A DNA stretch of 64,000 nt from an uncultured Gemmatimonadales bacterium (GTDB taxonomy: Bacteria > Gemmatimonadota > Gemmatimonadetes > Longimicrobiales > Longimicrobiaceae). The notes under the pieces were generated by a model. The model was not told where the DNA came from and did not search any database. It worked only from the letters and a program-made list of their open reading frames with translations. The DNA lies in assembly GCA_963716255.1 (NCBI GenBank), contig OY970303.1:896001-960000 (forward strand), in the 5' to 3' direction. Below, one piece after another: positions 27,877-38,199 of the stretch. How positions within the stretch are numbered: position 1 is the stretch's first letter; every line of letters begins with the position of its first letter. A program made the position numbers and the translations under genes.

Positions 27877-29379
27877 CTACGGCGCGCGGCCGGTGCCGCG
27901 GGCCAGGTCGCGGAGACGGCGGGCCAGCTCCGGGGTGAGCACGCCCTCGCGGAAGCGCCACGCCCAGTTGCCCGCGCCGGTGCCGGGGGTGTTCATCCGC
28001 CCCTCGCTCCCCAGCCCGAGCGCGTCCTGCAGCGGGACGACGGCAATTTTCGCGCGCGACTCCATCACCAGGCGGATCATCCCCCAGCCGGGCTCCTCGC
28101 CGGGGGCGAGCAGGGCGCCCAGGCGGGCGCGCTCCTCCTCCCCCGCGCCGCGGTGCCACCCCAGCGAGGTGTCGTTGTCGTGCGTGCCGGTGTACGCCAC
28201 CGAGCCGGCCGGGTAGTTGGCGGGAAGGTGCGGGCCGTGCGGGTCGTCGCCGCCGAAGGCGAACTGCAGCACGCGCATCCCCGGCAGCCCCAGCCCGTCG
28301 CGCAGCGCCTCCACCTGGGGGGTGATGTCGCCCAGGTCCTCGGCCACCAGCGGCAGATCGCCCAGCTCGCGGCGCACGGCCGCGAACAGCGCCTCGCCCG
28401 GTCCCGGGCGCCACTCGCCGTCCACGGCGCTTGCCGCGGCGGCGGGGATCTCCCAGTACGCCTGGAAGCCGCGGAAGTGGTCCACCCGCACCACGTCCAC
28501 CAGCTCCAGGACGCGGCGGAACCTCGCGGTCCACCAGCGGAAGCCGTCCGCGCGCATCACCTCCCAGCGATACAGCGGGTTTCCCCAGCGCTGGCCCGTG
28601 GCGCTGAAGTAGTCGGGCGGCACCCCGGAGACCCCCGTGGCGCGCCCGCCGGAGTCCAGCTCGAACAGGTCGGGGTGCGACCACACGTCGGCGCTGTCGT
28701 ACGCCACGAAGATGGGGAGGTCGCCCACGACGCGCACTCCGCGGGCATTTGCGTACTCGCGCAGCGCGCTCCACTGGCGCTGGAAGATCCACTGCCGGAA
28801 CTCGTGGTATTCCACCGCGCCGTCCAGCCGGTGCCGGGCGCGGGCCAGCGCCTCCGGCTCGCGCAGGCGGACGCCCGGCTCCCACTCGCTCCAGGGGGCG
28901 CCGCGGTTCTCGTCGCGCAGCGCGCGGAAGAGCCCGTAGTCCTCCAGCCAGCCGGCGGCGTGCGCGCGGAAGGCGTCGAACTCGCCCCGCAGCTCCAGGG
29001 CGGCCCCGGCGCGGAAGGCCATCCACGCCCGCCTCAGCAGCGCCTCCTTCCAGGCGAAGACGCGGGGAAAGTCCACGCGGTCCGCCGGCAGGTCGCCGCC
29101 GTCCACCTGGTCCGGCTTCAGCAGCCCGTCCGCCACCAGCACCTCTGGGCTCGCCAGCAGCGCATTCCCGGCCATGGCGGAAAGGCCGTTGTACGGCGAG
29201 CCACCCGCGTCCACCGGGCCCAGCGGCAGAATCTGCCAGACCGTCTGCCCGGCTTCCGCCAGCCAGTCCACGAAGCGCCGGGCCGGCTCCCCCAGGTCGC
29301 CGATCCCCCGCCCCGGCAGCGAGGTGGGGTGCAGGAGAACGCCGGAGCAGCGGGGGAAGGCGAACAGCGGGTCAGGCAT
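27877..29379 (-). CDS. malQ: 4-alpha-glucanotransferase (GH77)
   Basis: GVLLHPTSLPG, WQILPL, GDLPIFV, GVPPDYFSATGQRWGNP, RVDHFRG, AEDLG, YTGTHDNDT, RMNTPG. Confidence 0.95.
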   Translation of the reverse strand: MPDPLFAFPRCSGVLLHPTSLPGRGIGDLGEPARRFVDWLAEAGQTVWQILPLGPVDAGGSPYNGLSAMAGNALLASPEVLVADGLLKPDQVDGGDLPADRVDFPRVFAWKEALLRRAWMAFRAGAALELRGEFDAFRAHAAGWLEDYGLFRALRDENRGAPWSEWEPGVRLREPEALARARHRLDGAVEYHEFRQWIFQRQWSALREYANARGVRVVGDLPIFVAYDSADVWSHPDLFELDSGGRATGVSGVPPDYFSATGQRWGNPLYRWEVMRADGFRWWTARFRRVLELVDVVRVDHFRGFQAYWEIPAAAASAVDGEWRPGPGEALFAAVRRELGDLPLVAEDLGDITPQVEALRDGLGLPGMRVLQFAFGGDDPHGPHLPANYPAGSVAYTGTHDNDTSLGWHRGAGEEERARLGALLAPGEEPGWGMIRLVMESRAKIAVVPLQDALGLGSEGRMNTPGTGAGNWAWRFREGVLTPELARRLRDLARGTGRAP

Positions 29380-30691
29380 CGGCCGCGGGCACCGCGGGCA
29401 GCACGTACGCCACCTCGGCGCGGTCCAGGCGCACCCGCGGCGGCACCGTCTCGCCCGCCTCGGGGGCGTCGTCGCGGCAGACGCGGAAGAGGCGGTGCCC
29501 CTTCCGCCCCGCGGCGCCGGGGGCGAGGTCGGCCAGGCCCACCTCGCGCGGGCCGTCGCCGTGGTTCACCAGGATCCAGCCGCGCGCGGCGTCCGCCCCC
29601 TCGTCGCCGGCGCGGCGCTCCAGCACCAGCACGTCGTCCGCCAGGCCGCGGGGGGCGCGCAGCACGCCCTCGCCCCGGAGGAGCGGGTGGCGCAGCTTGA
29701 GGCGGTTGACGCGGCCCACGAAGGCGCGCAGGTCCCAGTGGCGGCGTTCCCAGTCCGAGGGCACGGTCGCCACCACGTCGACCTGCCTGCGGAAGCCGAA
29801 CTCGTAGCCCGTGGTCATCATCACCCCGGCCGAGAAGGCGGCGGCAAAGGCGTAGCGCTGCCGCTGCACGGCCTCGTCGCCGCCGGTGTCGGCGGCCAGG
29901 CGGGTGGTGTCGTGCGACTCCGGGAAGGCCACCGACGGGGCGATGCGGCGCAGCTCCTGGTGCTGCTCCAGCGCCCACGGCTCGCGGAAGTCCCACCACT
30001 TGCTGGAGTTGAAGAAATAGTCGAAGCCCGCTTCCTTGAGCCCCACGACCTGCTCCAGCGGCGCCCCCAGCGTCTCGGCAAAGAACTGCGCGTCGGGGCG
30101 CACGCGCCTGGCCTCCTCGATCAGGCGGCGCCAGAGCGCGGTGGGCACCTTGTACGCGGCGTCGCAGCGGAAGCCGTGGAAGCCCAGCTCCAGCGACTCG
30201 CGCACCAGCGACGCCCAGAGGCCCCACAGCCCCTCGCGGCCGGGCGAGTGCTCGTTGTCGATCTCCGCCAGGTCGCCCCAGGTGGTGACCTTGGTGGGGT
30301 CGTCCGGGTCCACCACGAAGGGGCTGCGCACCTCGCCGCGCCGGTCGCGCACGTACCACTCCGGGTGCGCGGCGATCAGCGGCGAGTCCTTGGAGGTGTG
30401 GTTGACCACCAGGTCCATCATGGGGCGCACCCCCAGCGCGGCGATGCGCTCCACCGCGTCGCGCAGCGGCTCCAGGCCGGCGGGGTCGGCGCCGGGAGGG
30501 AGGAAGAGCGGGTTGAGCCGCCCGTACTCCTTGACGGCGTACAGGCTCCCGGAAAAGCCGGGGTAGTGCCAGGGGTTCAGGTACAGCCAGTTGAACCCCA
30601 TCTCCGCGGCGCGGGCGGCGTGCTCCGGCCAGCGGGTGGTGGGGCCCACCAGCCGCGGGAAGAGGTTGTAGACCAGCGGCGGCGGGGTCAT
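29372..30691 (-). CDS. GH13 alpha-amylase-family glycoside hydrolase
   Basis: YNLFPRL, DLVVNH, GFRCDAAY, AETLG, FPESHDT. Confidence 0.9.
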   Translation of the reverse strand: MTPPPLVYNLFPRLVGPTTRWPEHAARAAEMGFNWLYLNPWHYPGFSGSLYAVKEYGRLNPLFLPPGADPAGLEPLRDAVERIAALGVRPMMDLVVNHTSKDSPLIAAHPEWYVRDRRGEVRSPFVVDPDDPTKVTTWGDLAEIDNEHSPGREGLWGLWASLVRESLELGFHGFRCDAAYKVPTALWRRLIEEARRVRPDAQFFAETLGAPLEQVVGLKEAGFDYFFNSSKWWDFREPWALEQHQELRRIAPSVAFPESHDTTRLAADTGGDEAVQRQRYAFAAAFSAGVMMTTGYEFGFRRQVDVVATVPSDWERRHWDLRAFVGRVNRLKLRHPLLRGEGVLRAPRGLADDVLVLERRAGDEGADAARGWILVNHGDGPREVGLADLAPGAAGRKGHRLFRVCRDDAPEAGETVPPRVRLDRAEVAYVLPAVPAADA

Positions 30692-33600
30692 CCGGCGTCC
30701 CCGAGAAGGGCGCGGATGCCGCGGATGGGCACCCAGATCCACGCCGGCCGGTTGTTCATCTCGTAGCCCAGCTCGTACACCGCCTTTTCCAGCTCGAAGA
30801 CGGCGAGCACGCGCCGCAGCGCCTCCGGGTCGTCGGGAACGAAGCCGCCGCCCCGCGCGCCCTCGGCATAGCCCTCCAGGAACACGCCGCGCACCATGCG
30901 CAGCCACGAATCCGCCCACCCCTCCAGCGCCGAGCGCACCCGCAGGTCCGCGGCGTCCTGCTCGGCCAGCGCCGTGCGCGCCGCGTAGTCGAAGGAGCGG
31001 AGCATGCCGGCCACGTCGCGCAGCGGCGACTGCTTGGCGCGGCGCTCCGCCAGGGGGCGCGCGGGCTCGCCCTCGAAGTCCATGACGAACCACTCGCTCC
31101 CGGCCGCCTCCGGGTCCGCGGCGCGCAGCACCTGGCCCAGGTGGTAGTCGCCGTGGGTGCGGGTGCGGACGAGCCCCGCCTCGTGGAGCAGGCTCAGGTC
31201 GGCGGCACGGTGGCGCAGCTCCGCGCCCTCGCGGACGATGGCCGCCAGCTCGTTGTGGCTCCCCGCGGGGAAGGCGCCCGGGATGGCCTCCAGGCGCCGC
31301 CCCACCTCGTCCAGCACCCGGGCGGCGTCGCGCTGGAACGCGTCGGTCCACGCGCGCACGTCCTCCGCGGTCACCGGCTCCGGCGCGAAGTCCGCGTTCT
31401 CCGGCCCGGCCGAGGCGAGCGCCGCGTGCAGCTCGCCGGTCACCCGTCCCAGGGCGCGGGCGGCGGCGTGGAAGTCGCCCATCATCCGCCGCGTGGCGTC
31501 CTGCCCCACGGGAGTGGACGGGTCGGCGGCGCTGCGGCCGGCCGCCGCGAAGAAGCGGTCCAGCGCGCGCCGCGTGTACGCCCACGCGTCGCCGGAGTTG
31601 GGGATGAAGCGGAACACCCCCGCCACCGACGCGCCGGCCACCCCCTCGCCGGCGTAGTCCAGCCAGCCGGCCAGCGCCGGGATGCCGCGGAACTCCGTGC
31701 TCTCCACCAGGAAGCGGGTCACCTCCAGGTCGGGGTTGACCCCCGCCTCCAGCTTGCGGAACAGCTTCATGATCAGCCGCTCGCCGAAGACGATGGAGGT
31801 GTTGCTCTGCTCGGCGCTCACCCGCTTCACCGGCGTCAGGCGCCCGTGCTCGTGGTCGGGCACCGCGCCCTGCACGCGGTGCCCGCGGAAGCGGCCGGTG
31901 GCGGAGGGGAGCGCCTCCTCCTCGCGCATGACACGCAGCAGCGCCAGCGCCGTGTAGCGGTCCACCAGCGCCTCGTACAGCCGCACCTCCCCCGTCTCCA
32001 TCGCCACGGTGGCGATGGGCTCCGCGGTCACCCCGCGCTCCAGCGGCGGGCGCAGCGAGAGCGGGAGCAGGTACGTGTCCGGCTCCCCGGCGGCGAACCT
32101 CACCTGGATCACCCCCACCATCCAGCGCGGCCCGTGCTCCGGCGCCACCACCGCGTGGTCGCGCAGCTCCACGGCCACCACCTCGCGCCCCTTGCCGCGG
32201 AACCAGCGCTGCGCGGTCAGCCACTCCGTCGGCACGGCGCCCACCAGCGCCGCCACCGTGTCGCGGCTCTCCAGCACGCGCATGTCCTGCTCCGCCCACT
32301 CCCGGGCCACCGTCTCGTCCACCTCCGCATGCTCCTCGCCCGCCGCGCGCGAGCGGAGCGCGAACCAGAAGAAGCCGTACGGCTGCAGCGTGAGCGCGTA
32401 GGGCGTCTCGTCGATGGGAAGGAACTCGGTGCTGCCCAGCATCTCCACCGGGACGCGGCCGGAGAAGCGGGCCAGGTCCAGCCGCACCGCCTGCGCCGCG
32501 CCCGACAGGTTGTTGACCACCAGGATGGCGTCGTCGCCGTGCTCGCGCAGGTACGCGAGGACGTGCGGGTTCTCCGGCTGCAGGAACTCGATGCTCCCGC
32601 GCCCGAAGGCGTGGTGCTGCTTCCTCACCTGCACCAGCCGCTTCATCCAGTTGAGGAGCGAGAAGGGCGACTTCTCCTGCGCCTCCACGTTGATGGACTG
32701 GTGCCCGTAGATGGAGTCGGCGATCACCGGCAGGTACAGCCGGGCCGACTCCGCGCGCGAGAAGGCGGCGTTGCGGTCCGGGGTCCACTGCATGGGCGTC
32801 CTCACCCCGTCGCGGTCGCCCAGCCAGATGTTGTCGCCCATCCCCAGCTCGTCGCCGTAGTAGATGATGGGCGAGCCGGGCATGGTGAACAGGATGGAGT
32901 TGAGCAGCTCGATCTTGCGCCGGTCGTTCTCCATCAGCGGGGCCAGGCGGCGGCGGATCCCCAGGTTGATCCGCATGCGCGAGTCCTCGGCGTACTGCGA
33001 GTACATGTAGTCGCGCTCCTCGTCGGTCACCATCTCCAGGGTGAGCTCGTCGTGGTTGCGCAGGAACATGCACCACTGGCAGTCCTCGGGGATCGGCGGG
33101 GTGCGCTGGATGATCTCCACGATGGGCTTCCGGATCCCCTGCCGCACCGCCATGAAGATGCGCGGCATCAGCGGGAAGTGGAACGCCATGTGGAACTCGT
33201 CGCCGTCGCCGAAGTAGGGGCGCACGTCGTCCGGCCACTGGTTGGCCTCGGCCAGCAGGATGCGCCCCGGGAAGCGCGACTCGATGCGGACGCGGAACTC
33301 CTTGAGGATGTCGTGCGTCTCCGGGAGGTTCTCGCAGATGGTGCCTTCCCGCTCGATCAGGTACGGCACCGCGTCGGCGCGGAAGCCGTCCAGCCCCCGC
33401 TCCAGCCAGTACTCCATCACCCCGAACATCGCCTCCTTGACCGCCGGGTTGTCCCAGTTCAGGTCGGGCTGGTGGGCGAAGAAGCGGTGCCAGTAGTACT
33501 GCCCCGCCACCGGGTCCCAGGTCCAGTTGCTGGGCTCGGTGTCGGTGAAGATGATGCGGGCGTCGCGGTAGGGCTCGTCCGTGTCGCTCCACACGTACCA

Positions 33601-33981
33601 GTCGCGCTCCGGCGACCCCCTGGGGGCCCGGCGGGCGCGCTGGAACCAGGCGTGGTCGCTGGAGGTGTGGTTGAGCACCAGGTCGGCGATCACCTTGAGG
33701 CCGCGCTCGTGGGCCGCGTCCAGGAAGCGCTGGAAGTCCTCCAGGTTGCCGTACTGCGGGTTGATCCCGTAGTAGTCGGCGATGTCGTACCCGTCGTCGC
33801 GCAGCGGCGACGGGTAGAAGGGGAGCAGCCAGATGGCGTCGACGCCCAGGTCGCGGACGTAGTCCAGCCTCTCGATCAGCCCCCGGAAGTCGCCCACCCC
33901 GTCGGCGTTGGAGTCCTGGAAGGCCTTGACGTGCAGCTCGTAGAAGACGGCATCCTTGTACCACGACCGGTCGTCACTCAC
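30688..33981 (-). CDS. treS: Trehalose synthase / maltokinase fusion (TreS-Mak)
   Basis: WYKDAVFYE, DDGYDIADY, HRFFAHQPDLN, FLRNHDELTLE, DRDGVRTPMQW; C-terminal EQSNTS, HGDYHLGQVL, DFEGEP, RDVAGMLRS. Confidence 0.95.
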   Translation of the reverse strand: MSDDRSWYKDAVFYELHVKAFQDSNADGVGDFRGLIERLDYVRDLGVDAIWLLPFYPSPLRDDGYDIADYYGINPQYGNLEDFQRFLDAAHERGLKVIADLVLNHTSSDHAWFQRARRAPRGSPERDWYVWSDTDEPYRDARIIFTDTEPSNWTWDPVAGQYYWHRFFAHQPDLNWDNPAVKEAMFGVMEYWLERGLDGFRADAVPYLIEREGTICENLPETHDILKEFRVRIESRFPGRILLAEANQWPDDVRPYFGDGDEFHMAFHFPLMPRIFMAVRQGIRKPIVEIIQRTPPIPEDCQWCMFLRNHDELTLEMVTDEERDYMYSQYAEDSRMRINLGIRRRLAPLMENDRRKIELLNSILFTMPGSPIIYYGDELGMGDNIWLGDRDGVRTPMQWTPDRNAAFSRAESARLYLPVIADSIYGHQSINVEAQEKSPFSLLNWMKRLVQVRKQHHAFGRGSIEFLQPENPHVLAYLREHGDDAILVVNNLSGAAQAVRLDLARFSGRVPVEMLGSTEFLPIDETPYALTLQPYGFFWFALRSRAAGEEHAEVDETVAREWAEQDMRVLESRDTVAALVGAVPTEWLTAQRWFRGKGREVVAVELRDHAVVAPEHGPRWMVGVIQVRFAAGEPDTYLLPLSLRPPLERGVTAEPIATVAMETGEVRLYEALVDRYTALALLRVMREEEALPSATGRFRGHRVQGAVPDHEHGRLTPVKRVSAEQSNTSIVFGERLIMKLFRKLEAGVNPDLEVTRFLVESTEFRGIPALAGWLDYAGEGVAGASVAGVFRFIPNSGDAWAYTRRALDRFFAAAGRSAADPSTPVGQDATRRMMGDFHAAARALGRVTGELHAALASAGPENADFAPEPVTAEDVRAWTDAFQRDAARVLDEVGRRLEAIPGAFPAGSHNELAAIVREGAELRHRAADLSLLHEAGLVRTRTHGDYHLGQVLRAADPEAAGSEWFVMDFEGEPARPLAERRAKQSPLRDVAGMLRSFDYAARTALAEQDAADLRVRSALEGWADSWLRMVRGVFLEGYAEGARGGGFVPDDPEALRRVLAVFELEKAVYELGYEMNNRPAWIWVPIRGIRALLGDAG

Positions 33982-34097
33982 GCGGCGGGCTCCTCGGGAT
34001 CGGTTCTCGGGTCCGGGCGTCCTGGCGAAGGTGCGGAGTGTTGCAGAAAACGTTCCGGGTGGCGGAGGGGAAGCGTTTTCGGAGGGGGTGGGCGTGG

Positions 34098-34251
34098 GGG
34101 CCGCTACGGAACCAGGCCAAACAGCCGGCCTGTTTCCTACGCGGGCTCCGGGAGCCTCGCCAAACGGCCGGCGAGTCTCCCTGCGCCGGAGTGAGCCAGC
34201 CAAACTGCCGGCTGTCTCCCTCCGAACCGACTTTGGGGGGTACTGCGGAAC
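34098..34251 (+). repeat. Family B element, copy B2, followed by palindrome D-like at 34295-34360
   Basis: Three hairpins CAGGCC/GGCCTG, CTCGCC/GGCGAG, CAGCC/GGCTG with AAACNGCC loops. Confidence 0.9.
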
Positions 34252-34411
34252 GGCCACGACACGTCGGAGGGCGAGGGATGCCAGCGCGGAGATTCCCCTC
34301 CCCCGGAACGGGGGATATAGGGGGCAAGCCGTGCGAGCCTCAAGCGAGCCGGGTGGGGGCCGTCGCCAGGATCCCGCCTCCGGCCGGGCCCACACGCTCC
34401 ATCCCGGGCCG

Positions 34412-35797
34412 TCAGAACTGCTCGTCGAACATCTCCGACGCGCGCTCGCGCAGCTTCTTGTACCACGGGCGCCGCCGCCACTCCTCCAGGCGCACCTCCT
34501 GCGAGCGCCGCAGGTCGCGCAGGAACGTCGCCTCCACCTGCGCGGCGAAGCGGGCGTCCACGATCCCCAGCACGTTCTCCTGGTTCAGCTCCATGCTGCG
34601 GATGTCCAGGTTGGACGACCCCACCACCGTCCACACGCCGTCCGCCACCAGCGTCTTTGCGTGCAGCATGGTGCCCTGGTACTCGTAGATGCGCACCCCG
34701 GCCTCCAGCAATTCCTCGAAGTGCGACTGGCCGGCCCAGCGCACCGGCTTCGCGTCGGTGAGCGGGCCGGGGACCAGGATCCGCACGTCCACCCCCGCCC
34801 GGGCGCGCTCCTTGAGCGCGGCCAGCAGCCCGTGGTCCGGGACGAAGTAGGCGTTGGTCACGTAGAGCCGCCGCCGCGCCGACGCGAAGGAGAGCCAGAA
34901 CACCTTGCGCAGCGGCAGCTGCTCGTCGCTGGGAGAGCTGAGCACCCCCACGTGGACCGAAAGCGGCTCCCCCGCCGCGGCGGCGGAGGGCTCCGGGTCC
35001 GGCGGGTAGAACGCCGGGCCCACCAGCACCTCGCCGGTGAGGACCGTCCACGTCTGCGCGAAGGCCGACTGCAGCGAGCGGGCGGGCGGCCCGGTGACCC
35101 GCACCATGTCCTCGCGCCACTCGTCCGGGGTGCGCGCGTCGCCCAGCCACTTGTCGCCCACCGCGGCGCCGCCCGTGTACCCCACCGCACCGTCCACCAC
35201 GATGGCGCGCCGGTGGTTGCGCTTGTGGAAGCGCGTCAGCTCCCCGAAGCGCAGCGGGTGGAAGCGGGCGACCCTTCCCCCGGCCGCGCGGAGCGCCCGG
35301 AACCCCTCGTCCGGCGCGTTCATCGCGCCCATCCCGTCCAGCGCCACCCGCACCTGCACCCCCGCCCGCGCGCGCTCCACCAGCACCGCCAGCACCGAGT
35401 CGCTGGCGCGCCCCGGCTCCCAGATGTAGACCATGAAGTCGATGCTGCGCCGCGCCGAGCGCAGGTCCGCGAGCAGCGCGGGGGTGAAGCGGTCGCCGTT
35501 GCTCAGCAGCTGCGCCGTGCCGCCGCGCCGCAGAGGCGCGTTGGTGGCGCCGGAGAGCGCCGCCAGGAACTCCGGCGAGCCCACCGGCGGGCGCGCCGTG
35601 GCGTACAGCCGGTCCGCGCGCTGCCCGAAGGGGGAGAACAGCGTCAGCAGCACCGACCCGGTGGCCAGCACCCCGATGACGAAGAAGAGCACCCCCCACC
35701 ACGTGTAGTGCCGCTTCTGCTGCCGGTCCAGCTCGCGCCAGCGCGGCAGGCGCCTGGGGCGCTCCGCCCTCTTGATCCGCCGGAAGCCGAGCCGCAC
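34412..35797 (-). CDS. Phospholipase D / cardiolipin synthase family
   Basis: N-terminal TM; RNHRRAIVVDG and HAKTLVADG..VGSSNLD HKD-type motifs. Confidence 0.9.
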   Translation of the reverse strand: MRLGFRRIKRAERPRRLPRWRELDRQQKRHYTWWGVLFFVIGVLATGSVLLTLFSPFGQRADRLYATARPPVGSPEFLAALSGATNAPLRRGGTAQLLSNGDRFTPALLADLRSARRSIDFMVYIWEPGRASDSVLAVLVERARAGVQVRVALDGMGAMNAPDEGFRALRAAGGRVARFHPLRFGELTRFHKRNHRRAIVVDGAVGYTGGAAVGDKWLGDARTPDEWREDMVRVTGPPARSLQSAFAQTWTVLTGEVLVGPAFYPPDPEPSAAAAGEPLSVHVGVLSSPSDEQLPLRKVFWLSFASARRRLYVTNAYFVPDHGLLAALKERARAGVDVRILVPGPLTDAKPVRWAGQSHFEELLEAGVRIYEYQGTMLHAKTLVADGVWTVVGSSNLDIRSMELNQENVLGIVDARFAAQVEATFLRDLRRSQEVRLEEWRRRPWYKKLRERASEMFDEQF

Positions 35798-35798
35798 C

Positions 35799-37115
35799 TC
35801 AGTACTGCTCCGCGAACAGCACCCAGAAGCGCTCCTTGATCCGCGGCCAGATCCCGCGGCGGCGCCACTCGTCCGCCGTGATCTCCCGGGCCCGCTCCAG
35901 GTCCTCCAGAAAGGTGCGCTCCACGTCGCGGGCGAACCCTTCGTCCAGGATGCCGATGACGTTCTCCTGGTTCAGCTCCTCCGAGCGGATGTCCATGTTG
36001 GCCGATCCCATCACCGACCACCTGCCGTCCACCACCAGCGCCTTGGCGTGGATCATGGTGCCGCCGTACTCGTAGATCCTCACCCCCGCGTCCAGCAGCG
36101 GCTGGAAGTACGAGTGGCTCGCCAGGCGGATGGGCTTCGCGTCCGTGTGGTCGTCGGGGAGGAGGATGCGCACGTCCACCCCCTTCTGCGCACGGTCCGC
36201 GATCACCTTGCGCGTGTCGTCGTCCGGGACGAAGTACGGGCTGGTGAGGTACAGCTTCTCGCGGGCGCAGCGGAAGGAGATGAAGAAGAACTTGCGCAGC
36301 GGGTGCGCCTCGTCCGCGGGGGAGGAGATGACGTTGACGTGCCGCGACAGGCTCTCGCCCTGGCCTTCCGCCTCCTCGGCCGCCTCGTCGTCCGGGGGAT
36401 AGATGGCGGGCCCCAGCAGGATCTCCCCGCAGACGCTCGACCACAGCTGCGTGAACGCCGACTGCAGGTTGCTGGCGACGCAGCCGCGCACCTCCACCAT
36501 CATGTCGCGCCACTGCTCCTTGTCGGCGGCGTCGCCCAGCCACTTGTCGCCCACCGCCGCCCCGCCGGTGAACCCCACCTTGCCGTCCACGATGATGGCC
36601 CGCCGGTGGTTGCGCTTGTGGAAGCGGGTGATCTTGCCGGGGCGGAGCTTGCGGAACCAGGTCACCTCCCCGCCCGCATCCGTCAGCCGCTTGATCCCCT
36701 CGTCCGGGGCGCGCATGCCGCCCATCCCGTCCAGCATCACCCTCACCTCGACACCCTCCTTCGCTTTTCGGCAGAGCACGTCCAGGATCTGGTCGCTCAC
36801 CTTCCCCGGCTCCCAGATGTAGGCCATGAAGTTGATGGTGTGCTCGGCCTCCTCGAAGGCTTTCAGCATCGCCGGGAAGATCTCGGAGCCGTTGTTCAGC
36901 AGCTTCGCGCTCCCGCCCTTGAGGAGCGGGGCGTTGACGGTGCCGGAGATGCCGGCCATGAAGTCGTCGCTCCCCACCTCGGGGGCGCGGTTCACCCAGA
37001 TGTCGGCGGGGCGCCGCCCGAAGGTGGTGAACAGGGACACGAGGACGGAGACCGTGGCCAGCATCCCCAGCACCGTGAAGAGCGTGATCCACCAGGGATA
37101 GTCGGCGAGCTGCAT
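35799..37115 (-). CDS. Phospholipase D / cardiolipin synthase family (tandem paralog)
   Basis: N-terminal TM; RNHRRAIIVDG and HAKALVVDG..GSANMD. Confidence 0.9.
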   Translation of the reverse strand: MQLADYPWWITLFTVLGMLATVSVLVSLFTTFGRRPADIWVNRAPEVGSDDFMAGISGTVNAPLLKGGSAKLLNNGSEIFPAMLKAFEEAEHTINFMAYIWEPGKVSDQILDVLCRKAKEGVEVRVMLDGMGGMRAPDEGIKRLTDAGGEVTWFRKLRPGKITRFHKRNHRRAIIVDGKVGFTGGAAVGDKWLGDAADKEQWRDMMVEVRGCVASNLQSAFTQLWSSVCGEILLGPAIYPPDDEAAEEAEGQGESLSRHVNVISSPADEAHPLRKFFFISFRCAREKLYLTSPYFVPDDDTRKVIADRAQKGVDVRILLPDDHTDAKPIRLASHSYFQPLLDAGVRIYEYGGTMIHAKALVVDGRWSVMGSANMDIRSEELNQENVIGILDEGFARDVERTFLEDLERAREITADEWRRRGIWPRIKERFWVLFAEQY

Positions 37116-37134
37116 GTGCGCGTGGGGACGGGGT

Positions 37135-38199
37135 TCAGGCTTCGCCCAGCGTGACGCGGGCGAGGAGCGGGTGGTGGTCGGAGCCGTAGATCGCCTGGCC
37201 CCGGTCCCGGGGGTGCTCGTCCAGCCGCTGCACCTCCACCGCGGCGACGTGGCCGCCGCCCGGGTGGTACAGCACGTGGTCCAGGAGGAAGCGCACGAGC
37301 CCGTGGTGGGTGTGCTTCCACGCCCAGCGGCGGCGGGCGGGAACGAGGCCCGCGCCCACCAGCGCGCGGAAGGCGGGGTCGCGCTCCCCCAGGGGCGTGT
37401 TGAAGTCCCCGGCGAGGACCACCCCGCCGGGCGCGTCGCGCCGCACGACGGCTTCGGCCAGCCGCTCGGCCTGGTGCGCGCGGGCGGCGCCCAGCCACAG
37501 GCGGGGCGAGTCGCCCTCGAACAGGCGGCGGTGCGTGTCCAGGTGCGCGCTCACCACGTCCACCCCCGCCACCCCGGCCACCTGAGCCCCCACCGCCACG
37601 CGGCGCTGGCGCACGTACAGCAGCGAAAAGGCGTGCGAGCGCCCCAGCGCGGCGGTGGCCAGCACGGCGTTGCCGCGGTCGCTGCGGGCGGCGCCGTTGC
37701 GCATGGAGGGGGCGTAGCGCAGGCTCAGGCCGTGCCGCCGGGCCACGTCCGCCAGGTCCTCCGGGTGCGGCGGCGTCAGGTCGCCCCCCGCGAAGCCTGG
37801 CTCCGGCGCCCGCTCGGGGACGGTGCCGTCGGCGCGGTACGCCTCCTGGACCAGCAGCACCAGCGGGCGGCGCGGGTCCGTCCCCGCGCCGCCGTATGCG
37901 CCCTCGCGCAGCCGCCCCAGCAGGCGGTCCAGGCGGGCCGCCCCCACCTTGAGGTTCCAGCTCAGCAGGTCCAGCTCGCGCACCTCCGCCGGTGCCGGCG
38001 GCGCCAGGTCCAGCGCCACGGGCGCGCCCACGTTGCGCCGCCAGCGGGCGAGGACGCGGTGCTCCGCCTCGTCCGCGATCTCGAAGACCGGGATGGGCGC
38101 GCCGCTCCCCCCCGCTTCGGCGGGTGGGCTGGGGCCGGGCTCGGGGGGCGGGCTCTCGGTCGGGATGGGATGCCTCCGGGTTCGCCCCCGCCCTCTCAA
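37135..38199 (-). CDS. Endonuclease/exonuclease/phosphatase family protein (start uncertain)
   Basis: LSWNL, LVQEA, GNAVL, SAHLD, AGDFN, LDHV, SDHHP; possible TTG start overlapping the RDD gene stop. Confidence 0.85.
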   Translation of the reverse strand: MRGRGRTRRHPIPTESPPPEPGPSPPAEAGGSGAPIPVFEIADEAEHRVLARWRRNVGAPVALDLAPPAPAEVRELDLLSWNLKVGAARLDRLLGRLREGAYGGAGTDPRRPLVLLVQEAYRADGTVPERAPEPGFAGGDLTPPHPEDLADVARRHGLSLRYAPSMRNGAARSDRGNAVLATAALGRSHAFSLLYVRQRRVAVGAQVAGVAGVDVVSAHLDTHRRLFEGDSPRLWLGAARAHQAERLAEAVVRRDAPGGVVLAGDFNTPLGERDPAFRALVGAGLVPARRRWAWKHTHHGLVRFLLDHVLYHPGGGHVAAVEVQRLDEHPRDRGQAIYGSDHHPLLARVTLGEA

